25,096 nt of DNA, taken from the IMG/VR virus record IMGVR_UViG_3300037440_000296, positions 1 through 25,096 of that record; one strand, given 5' to 3'. The position numbers and the translations under genes are program-made. Each line of letters starts with the position of its first letter. The stretch's first letter is position 1. Below are positions 15,792 through 24,067 of the stretch, piece by piece. The DNA is from a virus (Duplodnaviria; Caudoviricetes). Under the pieces are notes generated by a model. It ran no database searches and was not told the DNA's origin. It worked only from the letters and a program-made list of their open reading frames with translations.

Positions 15792-16150
15792 CAGACGTCG
15801 GTGATGCGCAGCCTCGTGCCAGCGGCCAGGTTGTACTCCCCGGCCGCGTTGGCCTGCACGTCACCCGAGACGATCTGGCCCTTGCCCCAGCGGACCGTGC
15901 CGCCCGTGTCCCGCCAGACTGCGAACCACGTCACCGACTGGCTGGCCGGGGTCGTGAACGCGACCGCGGCGTCGAGGGTGACCTCGTCGACCGAGGCCGG
16001 GGAGAACGAGACCGGCTGGCGCGTGTACCCGCCACCGGTCACCTCGTTGGTCGCACCCACGCCCGGGTCCCCGGAATGCAGGGAGGCCGTTTCCAGCTGC
16101 CCCGCCACCCCGTCGAGTGCAAACTCTTTCGCAACAGCATCGAACGGCAC
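15791..16150 (-). CDS. small virion/fibre-associated protein
   Basis: SLHSGDPG...NEVTGGGYTRQPVSF is typical of a small phage structural family; AAAGGGG RBS. Confidence 0.75.
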   Translation of the reverse strand: MPFDAVAKEFALDGVAGQLETASLHSGDPGVGATNEVTGGGYTRQPVSFSPASVDEVTLDAAVAFTTPASQSVTWFAVWRDTGGTVRWGKGQIVSGDVQANAAGEYNLAAGTRLRITDV

Positions 16151-16166
16151 GACCGTCCCCTTTCCC

Positions 16167-16829
16167 CTAGTTGAGCCAGCTCGCCGGGTTGACGAACCGA
16201 CCGTCGATCAGCACCTCGAAGTGCAGGTGCGGGCCGGTGGCCAGGCCGCGCGCGCCGATCCGGCCGACCACGTCCCCAGCGGACACCTGCTGGCCGGACG
16301 AGACGCTGACGCTGGCCAGGTGCGCGTACCGGGTGACGACGCCGCCACCGTGGTCGATCACCACGAGGTTGCCCGCCCAGCCGGGATACTCGACCGAGAC
16401 CCTGCCCGCTCTGGCGGCCCGGGCCTTCCCGTCGCCGTAGGCGTAGTCGATGCCGGTGTGCAGCTTGTAGACCCCGGTGATCGGGTGCGTGCGGTAACCG
16501 TAGGGGCTCGTCACCGCTCCGGTGGCTGGCCGCACTGTTGAGCTCGAGTTTGACGATTCAGTGTCAGGGGCCGGCGCCTTGCGCGCGCTCGCCTTGGTGC
16601 CCTCGCCGATGGTGAGTTTCTGGCCCGGGAATATCAGGTCGGGATTGCCCCCGACGATCGACCGGTTGGCCGCGTACAGCTTGGGCCAGCTCATGTCGTG
16701 GCTGGCCGCGATCTGCGAGAGCGTGTCGCCCCGCTTGACCTTGTAGGTCTCGTGGGCGCCCGCCAGACTGGCCGAGGCCAGCAGGACGATCGCCGTCAAC
16801 AGTGCCGTGATCAATGTGCGTAACCGCAA
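16167..16829 (-). CDS. secreted LysM-M23 peptidoglycan endopeptidase
   Basis: Sec-type signal peptide; LysM YKVKRGDTLSQIA...NPDLIFPGQKL; M23 motifs HTGID, YAHL, GPHLHFEV. Confidence 0.92.
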   Translation of the reverse strand: MRLRTLITALLTAIVLLASASLAGAHETYKVKRGDTLSQIAASHDMSWPKLYAANRSIVGGNPDLIFPGQKLTIGEGTKASARKAPAPDTESSNSSSTVRPATGAVTSPYGYRTHPITGVYKLHTGIDYAYGDGKARAARAGRVSVEYPGWAGNLVVIDHGGGVVTRYAHLASVSVSSGQQVSAGDVVGRIGARGLATGPHLHFEVLIDGRFVNPASWLN

Positions 16830-16835
16830 CAGACC

Positions 16836-17126
16836 TCACTCCTCGCCGTGCGTTATCACCTCGTCGACCGCCCGCAGCTGGGCGGGCGATAGCTCTCGGA
16901 GGTTCAGCTGCCCCTCGTTGGGCACCCGCCAGATCACGTAGTAGACGACCGCTGCCAGGCTGATCGCGGCCGTCACGATGCTCTGCGCATCCTCCAGCCC
17001 GAGCTGCTCCTTGGCGGTAGCGGTCACCACCACGCCAGTGAACACCGCGACCGCGCCCACGATGGCCTTAGCCTTGTCCGCCAGATCGCCCAGCCACTCG
17101 GCCACGCGACGAATCTTCTCGATCAT
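16836..17126 (-). CDS. holin (two TM segments)
   Basis: KAIVGAVAVFTGVVV and AAISLAAVVYYVIWRVPN; lies in the lysis cassette. Confidence 0.75.
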   Translation of the reverse strand: MIEKIRRVAEWLGDLADKAKAIVGAVAVFTGVVVTATAKEQLGLEDAQSIVTAAISLAAVVYYVIWRVPNEGQLNLRELSPAQLRAVDEVITHGEE

Positions 17127-17142
17127 GCTCGCTTCCCTTCGG

Positions 17143-17397
17143 TCAACGTGTGAGAACAGCGGTTGCGATGGCGCCGAGAACGACCAGCGTCAGCCCGCCG
17201 AGCCAGGTGGTCACGGCCCTCCACCGGGCCTCCAGCACTTGGATGCGGTGAAGCGGCGCTCCCTCCCTGATCTCCTTGAGATCGACCCTCATCACGCGCA
17301 TGTCCTCAGACATGTGCTGGAGGGTGGTCTTGACCTCGGTGACCGCCGAGACCAGCTGGAGCACGGACTGATCCGGCTCCTGGCCTACTGGACTCAC
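17143..17397 (-). CDS. single-TM coiled-coil membrane protein (lysis accessory)
   Basis: Coiled coil followed by C-terminal TM; GTGA overlap with the endolysin. Confidence 0.7.
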   Translation of the reverse strand: MSPVGQEPDQSVLQLVSAVTEVKTTLQHMSEDMRVMRVDLKEIREGAPLHRIQVLEARWRAVTTWLGGLTLVVLGAIATAVLTR

Positions 17398-18338
17398 GAC
17401 TCGGCCGGTGCGGTCGCTTGGTGAACGAGGGCCGCCAGTGCGGCAGCGACGGCCTCGGCGTCGAGCGTGCCGCTCGTGTGCGCCTCCACGAGACCGCGCA
17501 CGGCATCCAGCGTCCCGCGGACCTGCGCCAGCTCGGCGGTCAATCCCTGCTGGGCCTTGAGCAGCGCGTCCAGCTTGGTGCCGTTGGCCTTGGCGACCAC
17601 GAGCGCGGCATCGGCCGCCTCGCGGGCCTCGGCGGCCCGCGAGGCGGCGGTGCCCGCGCGCGAAGCTGCGATGCTCGCCGCACCGTCCGCGCCGCGCAGG
17701 AACGAGTACGCATCACGGTCGGTCAGCTGAGCGTTCTTGTATCGCCAGACGTCGATCGCTTCCATGTTGCCTCCTGTCGATCCGCCACCGCCACCCGACG
17801 AGGGCTGGCCGGTCCACGTGCCGTCCTTGATGCGGGCCAGGACCGCGGGCCCCTGGCACGAGGTCGAGGCCCCGGGCACCTGGCCGTGGCCCCGCACGTC
17901 GGTGCGGCCGGGCCAGCGGGCCAGGAACACGCGCCGATACCAGTCGCGGAACGCCTCGATCATCGCCGCGGTCGGGGTTTCCTTGGCGCCGAGGATCAGC
18001 AGCACCCCGGCATACTTGTGGTTGGCCCTCGGGTTGCCCGCGCTCGCGCAGTGCGCGCCCACCCGGTTGACCCCGAACACCGTCGAGCGGGCCATCCACA
18101 CGCGGCCCGCCTGGTCGATGGCGATGTTGTAGCCAATGTCGGACCAGCCGCGGCCGTTGACGTGGAAGTCACGCCAGCCGCGCAGCCGGGACGCGATCTT
18201 GTCCCTGGACTCGACCCCGAATGCCGCGAGCGTGGTGCCGGGCCAGTGCAGCGCCGCGCCCACCAGCTCGGTGCCGGTGAGGGTGGCCCCGGCCGCCGAG
18301 GTCGAGGTCCACGCGGACCGGGGCAGGTACTCGGTCAC
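17394..18338 (-). CDS. endolysin, N-acetylmuramoyl-L-alanine amidase (Amidase_2/PGRP-like)
   Basis: ALHWPG, RGWSDIGYNIAID, VGAHC, VRGH...STSC; GTG start overlaps upstream TGA. Confidence 0.9.
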   Translation of the reverse strand: MTEYLPRSAWTSTSAAGATLTGTELVGAALHWPGTTLAAFGVESRDKIASRLRGWRDFHVNGRGWSDIGYNIAIDQAGRVWMARSTVFGVNRVGAHCASAGNPRANHKYAGVLLILGAKETPTAAMIEAFRDWYRRVFLARWPGRTDVRGHGQVPGASTSCQGPAVLARIKDGTWTGQPSSGGGGGSTGGNMEAIDVWRYKNAQLTDRDAYSFLRGADGAASIAASRAGTAASRAAEAREAADAALVVAKANGTKLDALLKAQQGLTAELAQVRGTLDAVRGLVEAHTSGTLDAEAVAAALAALVHQATAPAES

Positions 18339-18535
18339 GAGATCGGGTTGTCCGGGCCGACCGGCCGGGAGTGATCCCAATCCCGGACCCGCGGGCGGCC
18401 CTTGTCCTCGGGCAGATCGGGGAGGACCTCGTCGGCCGCCTGGCCGATCGAGTCGTCGGCCGCGTCAGCCGGTGCCGGTTCGTCGTGCTCGGCGTCGTAT
18501 GCCAGCGGATCGACGCCGCTCTCACCGTTCGACAT
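18335..18535 (-). CDS. small acidic protein, 66 aa, coupled to the endolysin
   Basis: D/E/P-rich; GTGA overlap with the amidase; promoter directly upstream. Confidence 0.6.
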   Translation of the reverse strand: MSNGESGVDPLAYDAEHDEPAPADAADDSIGQAADEVLPDLPEDKGRPRVRDWDHSRPVGPDNPIS

Positions 18536-18571
18536 ACGCCCACTATTGGGCACCTGACACTAGAGAGTCAA
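18529..18571 (-). promoter_or_regulatory. lysis-cassette promoter with operator over the start codon
   Basis: TTGACT(18571-18566)-18nt-AATAGT(18547-18542)-6nt-ATG; operator TCGACATACGCCCA 18529-18542. Confidence 0.55.
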
Positions 18572-18588
18572 GCAACCGCGCTGGCCGG

Positions 18589-18948
18589 TCAGATCAGCAG
18601 CGCACACTCCCGGCTCAGGATCTCGGCCGCGAGGTCGTCGAAAAACGGCATCCGCGGCCCGCCCGGCTGGGCGTAGTGCCGTTCGCGGATGAACGCCAGC
18701 GCAGCCTCCAGGCCGACCGCCCGGAAGCTGGCGCAGGTCTCGTCGTGCTTGTCCGGGGTCAGGCCCCGGAACCTGCGTTCGAGTGCCGCAGCGAACGCCT
18801 GGCGCTCGGCGTCGACCTCGACGGCCACAGGCTGGTCGGCCACCCCGATCAACCGGGAACGGTCCCAATCACCCCAGGCGACATATCCGGTAGCGACCAG
18901 CGCGGCGACCAGTAGCATCGCTGCGACAACGACCCGTGCCTTGGTCAT
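18589..18948 (-). CDS. membrane-anchored/secreted protein, 119 aa (moron-like)
   Basis: N-terminal hydrophobic helix; two Cys; has its own candidate promoter. Confidence 0.7.
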   Translation of the reverse strand: MTKARVVVAAMLLVAALVATGYVAWGDWDRSRLIGVADQPVAVEVDAERQAFAAALERRFRGLTPDKHDETCASFRAVGLEAALAFIRERHYAQPGGPRMPFFDDLAAEILSRECALLI

Positions 18949-18983
18949 GCGCCTGACGATACGCCTCAGCTTTCAGCTGGCAA
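18942..18983 (-). promoter_or_regulatory. candidate leaderless promoter with near-consensus operator
   Basis: TTGCCA(18983-18978)-16nt-TATCGT(18961-18956)-7nt-ATG; TGGTCATGCGCCTG 18942-18955. Confidence 0.4.
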
Positions 18984-21378
18984 GGCCCACCCGATAGACG
19001 GCCAACCAGTTCGCCTCCTCGAACGGCTCGGTCACCTCGCACCCGATCTCGATATCGTCGCTGGTGCTGATATCGACCGCCCGCACGTACAGGCCGACGT
19101 CGTACGTGCCGGTGTTCTCGACCGTGACCCCGGCCCGCTCGACCCGGCACCGCTGCTGGAACCCCGGAGAGCTGATGATGAAACTCGAATCGGGCCGGTG
19201 GTACGACCGGGCGATCCGGGTTGTGTCCAGGTAGAGGTTGATCTCGGCCATCGTGCCTACGGCCAGCGCGTTCGTGCCGTCGTGACCGGCCTTGGTCTCG
19301 CCCACGATCAGATAGTTGAACCCGGCCTCCAGCGGCACGTCGGCGATCGTGAACAGCTCGTCCGGCGTGCCCGGGGTCGAGGTGTACGCGATCTTGCCGC
19401 GGTGCTCCTCGTACGCGATCAGGGTCATGCTGTCCTCCAGTTGCCATGGCGAGGCCGGAATGCAGTTCAGCTCGACGAGCCATCGCTCGCGCGTGAGCGT
19501 GTCGGTCCAGCCCTGCACGATCAGGTCGACCGGCGTCACCCCGGGCAGCTGCGCCCACTCGTGCGCGAGCGTGATCACCCGCCCCTCGACCAGCTCGAAC
19601 CTCTCGGCGACCAGGTCCTGCGCCGCCACCGAGAACGTGATCGACGGCCAGCGCAGCTCGTCGACCGTCCCGACCCTGAGCAGGTCGTTGGCGATGGCCC
19701 GCAGCACGCCGAGGTCGAACGCATTGCGCCGCACCGACCGGCCGTAGAGCCCTTCGGTGTCGATCGAGACCTGGTCCTTGACCACGACCCCGACCCCGTC
19801 CGGGCCCTCGCACCGGATCTCGTTCTTGAGCAGCTGCTCGCCGTCGTCCGGCTGCGGCGCCTCGGCCAGCTGGCCCTGCCCCAAGGTGAGCACGGGGGTC
19901 TGATTGAACTGGTCGACCCGGCGCCGGTAGCCCAGCCCGAACCCGCGCTCGAATAGCAGGCCGCCGTCAACGTCGGGGCACTCGTTGAGCACCGGGACGA
20001 GCGCGGCCGAGGGCTGCGGGCCCATCAGCCGCGTGTTGACCGCATCGACCAGCTCGGTCCCGGGATTGTCGACCAGCTCGAACAGCAGACCCGAATCGTG
20101 CGCGACCCGGATCAGCCGCAGCCCGGCCGGTTCGCCGTCCCAGCCATTGAGCGCCGACAGGTCCGGGTCGGTCCACGGGGCCAGCTCGGCGAGCGCCGCC
20201 CTCGCGGGGTAGATCACCCCGGGCCCGCCCGCCACGGCCGCGCCCTGGCTGATGGCGATGTGCCCGATGCCGACCGGGATATGCCGCGAGCTGAATGCCA
20301 CCCCCGAATCGAACGGCACACTGTGTTGTCGCGGGTAGCCGATGGCAACCGTCGCGGTGTCGGTGTCCGAGCTGCTGGCGATCACCGAGCCGCGCAGTGC
20401 CTGCGAGACGGTCAGGGTCGCCTCGTCGGTCGAGGCATCGACCAGCAGCGAGATCAGCACCGGCCCGGCGAACACGTCGAACGTCGGGGTCACCGTGAGG
20501 CTCAGCTCGGCACTATCGGCCGCCTCCAGCCAGATCGCGCCGTTCACGTCGACCCGGAACCGCATCAGGCCGCTGGTGAGCGAACCGGTCGTGTTCAGCA
20601 CGAGCAGGTTGGTCCGCAGTGGCGTGCCGGTCCCGTCCTCGGGCAGATCCCGGATTACCGCCAGAAAGTCGAACCTCCAGACGTCGTCCTCGAACGGCGC
20701 AAGGTCGTATGTGTTCATGCTCGTGACCGCGCTGGTCGGGAACGTGGGTATGGGCTGCGAGCCGAGCGGGGTCACTGAGCCGAGCTGGTCGACCGCCGCG
20801 GTCGCGAGCATGTCCGGCAGGCCCTCGACGTCAGGGTGCGCCGGGAACTCCCCGATACTCGCCGCCGCGTTGGTCATTTCCTCCAGCGTCCAGTACGCCT
20901 TGAGCGCCGGGTCGGTGGCGCCGAACGCGGCCACCCTCGCGTGTGTGGCGATGGCCGTTTCCAGCGCCGAGCGGACCCGGGGAGTACCCTGCTGCAACCG
21001 GCGCAGGATACCGGCCGACTTGAGCGGCACCCACGAGTCGGTGCCGCCGCGAGACCACCGGATGGGCCAGGTGGGCACGAACCCCGGGAACGGCACCTCG
21101 TTGCCCATCCGCACCCTGATCGGCGTGTTGCGCCGGATCTGACCGAACAGGTCCGAGCCGGGGTTACGCGGGGAGTACCGGCCGTCCCGGTTGTTGATCT
21201 GAAGGTCGAGGGTCGAGGGATCGGCTCGCCGGCCCTCGTCACGCAGCCCGCGAACCATCGTGATCGCCCGTTTCGTGCGGACGTCGCCGGTGATATCCAG
21301 CCAGGTCCACGACCCGGGATCGGACAGGTCGGCCCCCGGCGCGATCTCGACCACGTACTCGGGCGGCAGCGCGTGCAT
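18973..21378 (-). CDS. minor tail / baseplate protein, 801 aa
   Basis: Immediately after the TMP; WLDITGDVR...INNRDGRYSPRNP...RNTPIRV N-terminus typical of actinophage tail proteins. Confidence 0.8.
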   Translation of the reverse strand: MHALPPEYVVEIAPGADLSDPGSWTWLDITGDVRTKRAITMVRGLRDEGRRADPSTLDLQINNRDGRYSPRNPGSDLFGQIRRNTPIRVRMGNEVPFPGFVPTWPIRWSRGGTDSWVPLKSAGILRRLQQGTPRVRSALETAIATHARVAAFGATDPALKAYWTLEEMTNAAASIGEFPAHPDVEGLPDMLATAAVDQLGSVTPLGSQPIPTFPTSAVTSMNTYDLAPFEDDVWRFDFLAVIRDLPEDGTGTPLRTNLLVLNTTGSLTSGLMRFRVDVNGAIWLEAADSAELSLTVTPTFDVFAGPVLISLLVDASTDEATLTVSQALRGSVIASSSDTDTATVAIGYPRQHSVPFDSGVAFSSRHIPVGIGHIAISQGAAVAGGPGVIYPARAALAELAPWTDPDLSALNGWDGEPAGLRLIRVAHDSGLLFELVDNPGTELVDAVNTRLMGPQPSAALVPVLNECPDVDGGLLFERGFGLGYRRRVDQFNQTPVLTLGQGQLAEAPQPDDGEQLLKNEIRCEGPDGVGVVVKDQVSIDTEGLYGRSVRRNAFDLGVLRAIANDLLRVGTVDELRWPSITFSVAAQDLVAERFELVEGRVITLAHEWAQLPGVTPVDLIVQGWTDTLTRERWLVELNCIPASPWQLEDSMTLIAYEEHRGKIAYTSTPGTPDELFTIADVPLEAGFNYLIVGETKAGHDGTNALAVGTMAEINLYLDTTRIARSYHRPDSSFIISSPGFQQRCRVERAGVTVENTGTYDVGLYVRAVDISTSDDIEIGCEVTEPFEEANWLAVYRVGLAS

Positions 21379-23717
21379 CAGTCCTCGTCCCCGAAGTCCA
21401 GCCCGCTCGTGCGGGCCATGCGCCGGATCATCCGCTTAAGGTCCTCGTCGGCGCCCGTGACGTCCCACACGATGCGCTGCTCGCGTGATGGCGGGGCGGC
21501 GACCACGGCCGGGGCAGTGGTCCCGGCGATCGCCGCGCGAGCGATGTCGAGGCCCCGGCCTGGCTCCGGGAGGATCGACGATGCATCCAGCGCCGCCGCG
21601 CGGGCGATCGACTCCGCGGCCCGTACGACCTCGCGCTCGGCGTCGGCCAGGCCCCCGGCGAACAGTCGGCCGATGTTCTCGCCCGCGATCTCGGGGGGGA
21701 ACCTGCGCAGCGGCCCCTCCTTGGCTGGCGAGAACGGCCACAGATTGGTGATCTTGCTCACGGCGCCGCTGACCGCATTGCCGATCGCGCCGAACATCGA
21801 CCTGATGCCGTTGATCAGGCCCTGCATGATCCTCTTGCCGACGTCGTAGAGCCGCCCGGGCAGCGAGGTGAAGAACGAGACGATCCGGCTGGGAATGTTG
21901 CGCACGAACGACAGCAGCGAGTTGAGCAGGTTGGTGGCCCCGCTCTTGAGCCGTTGCAGCGCCGTTGTGGCGCCCGACCGCAGCGAGTTGAACCCGTTGA
22001 CCACGAACGACTTAATCTTGTTCACCACGCCGCTGACGAACGAGCTGATCGCGTTCCAGACCGAGGTAACCACACTCTTGACCGCGTTGATCGCCGACGA
22101 GACCGCGTCCTTGATCGCGTTCCAGGCTTTCGAGGTGGCGTTCTTGATCGTGTCCCAATGCTTGATGATCAGGCCGGGCACGGTGAAGTTAAGGAACAGC
22201 CCGACCAGGAAGTCGACCGCCGTCCCGACCGCATCCTTGATGAACTCCCACACCTTGCCCGTGACGTCCTTGATCACGTTCCAGGCTTTGGTGATCGCCT
22301 CCTTGATCGTGTCCCAATTCTTGACCACGACCACGACCAGCGCGATGATCGCCGCGGCGATCAGCACGAACGGGTTGGCCAGGAGGACCAGCCACAGCAG
22401 CCGCAGGACCTGGATCACGAAACCAACGGACCGCACCAGCGTGCCCAGGATGGTGATCACCTTGCCGACGATCAGGAGGACCGGGCCGACCGCGGCGACG
22501 ATCAGCGCGGCCTGCACGATGAACTTCTGAGTCTCGGGTGAGAGCGACTTCCAGCGTTCGGCGAGGTCGCGGACGATCTCGGCGCCCTGCTTCATCACGT
22601 CGATCACCACGGGCATGACAGCCTGACCGACCTCCAGCAGCAGATCCTTGACCTCGGCGAGCGACTGCTGCATCTGGAATCGAGCGGTGTCGCTGGTCTC
22701 GGCGAACGCCCGATCAAGTGACCCGGTCGAGTCGGCCAGCGCGCCGAAGATCGCCCGCGTGTCGTCCGCGTTGGCGCCCATCATGTCCATGACCCCGGAC
22801 AGCGCCCGCACGTTACCGAACACCGCAGCGGTGGCGGCCTCGTTGCCGTCGAACGCCGTGGTCAGGGTTTCCATGGTGGCCAGCAGACCCTCCTCGCGGA
22901 TCTGCTTACGTAAGCCCTCAGCGGACAACCCCAGCTTGTCGAGCTGCTCCTCGGCCTCCCTGGTGGGCTTGAGCATGGCCGACAGGATGCCGCGCAGCTG
23001 AGTAGTGCCCTCGGCCGCGTTGGTGCCGGTCCGGGACATGGCCGCGAGCGCGGCGCCGACCTCATCAATACCGACGCCCATCGCCGAGGCGACCGGGAAC
23101 ACCCGGCCCATGGCGCCCGCCAGCTCGGCGGCCTCCAGCTTGCCCTCGCGGACGGTGGCGGCCAGCACGTCGGTCGCCTCGGCCGCCGACAGGTTCTCGG
23201 TCTTGTAGGCGTTCATCGCCGAGGTGGTCAGATCGGCGATCGTCGTCACGTCGCCCAGCCCAACGGCGGACGCCTTGAGCGATGCCTCCAGCGCGTCCAT
23301 GGCGTCCGAGCCCTTGAGCCCGGCCGAGGTGATGAAGAACAGCGCGTCGGCGGCCTGGGTGGCGCTCGACCCGTAGGTGATCGCCAGCTGCCGGACGTCG
23401 GCCTCCCACGCCTGCACCTGCTCGCGGGGCACCCCGACCAGCCCGACGATCTTGGCCATGCTGGCCTCGAAATCCGAGGCCATCTTGAACGCCGCCCCGC
23501 CGACCGCGACCAGCGGCAGGGTCACGGACCGGCTGAGTGTTGCACCGGTCGCGCTCATCTGTGCGCCGGTACGCTCCATGGCCGCCCCGGCGCTGGAAAT
23601 CTTGGTCCCGACCGAAGCCATCGCACTACCCACCGACCGGTTGATATCGGCCATGCCGCGGGCCACCCCGGCAGCATCGGCCGACACCTTGATCAGCAGC
23701 TCGGCGAGCGTGCTCAC
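21378..23717 (-). CDS. tape measure protein (TP901-type core), 779 aa
   Basis: LAELLIKVSAD, SVTLPL...DFEASM, aromatic-spaced W/F repeats, PFSPAKEGPL. Confidence 0.95.
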   Translation of the reverse strand: MSTLAELLIKVSADAAGVARGMADINRSVGSAMASVGTKISSAGAAMERTGAQMSATGATLSRSVTLPLVAVGGAAFKMASDFEASMAKIVGLVGVPREQVQAWEADVRQLAITYGSSATQAADALFFITSAGLKGSDAMDALEASLKASAVGLGDVTTIADLTTSAMNAYKTENLSAAEATDVLAATVREGKLEAAELAGAMGRVFPVASAMGVGIDEVGAALAAMSRTGTNAAEGTTQLRGILSAMLKPTREAEEQLDKLGLSAEGLRKQIREEGLLATMETLTTAFDGNEAATAAVFGNVRALSGVMDMMGANADDTRAIFGALADSTGSLDRAFAETSDTARFQMQQSLAEVKDLLLEVGQAVMPVVIDVMKQGAEIVRDLAERWKSLSPETQKFIVQAALIVAAVGPVLLIVGKVITILGTLVRSVGFVIQVLRLLWLVLLANPFVLIAAAIIALVVVVVKNWDTIKEAITKAWNVIKDVTGKVWEFIKDAVGTAVDFLVGLFLNFTVPGLIIKHWDTIKNATSKAWNAIKDAVSSAINAVKSVVTSVWNAISSFVSGVVNKIKSFVVNGFNSLRSGATTALQRLKSGATNLLNSLLSFVRNIPSRIVSFFTSLPGRLYDVGKRIMQGLINGIRSMFGAIGNAVSGAVSKITNLWPFSPAKEGPLRRFPPEIAGENIGRLFAGGLADAEREVVRAAESIARAAALDASSILPEPGRGLDIARAAIAGTTAPAVVAAPPSREQRIVWDVTGADEDLKRMIRRMARTSGLDFGDED

Positions 23718-24067
23718 TCGGTCGCGCCTCCCTTGCGGATCTTGCCCCCGAGTCGCAGCGTCAGCGCCTTTAGGAAATTGGCCATCTGCTGCGGCGTGGT
23801 CGCCTTCGGCCGGTCGAACTTGGGGATGAACTCGTCCGGCCGGTAGGCCCGCTTACCCTTGGCCCGGTTGACGTTGGCGATGGTGGCCGCGATGATCCCG
23901 GCTTGCAGGTCTGCCCGACCGGCGCCAAGCGGTCCGCTGATCCGCTCGAACGCCATCCAGTCGGTCAGCTCGGCCGCCGACATTCGCGCGAGCAGCTCGC
24001 CCACAGTCATGCCTCCCAGGTGAGCGGCTAACCGGTGGTAGAACTGCCGCTCGGGTCGGCCTCGGAG
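23714..24067 (-). CDS. tail assembly chaperone, -1 frameshift extension (gpT-like)
   Basis: PERQFYHRLAAHLGGMTVGELLARMSAAELTDWMAF..GPLG..RADL, reached through the slippery site. Confidence 0.8.
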   Translation of the reverse strand, partial: LRGRPERQFYHRLAAHLGGMTVGELLARMSAAELTDWMAFERISGPLGAGRADLQAGIIAATIANVNRAKGKRAYRPDEFIPKFDRPKATTPQQMANFLKALTLRLGGKIRKGGATE

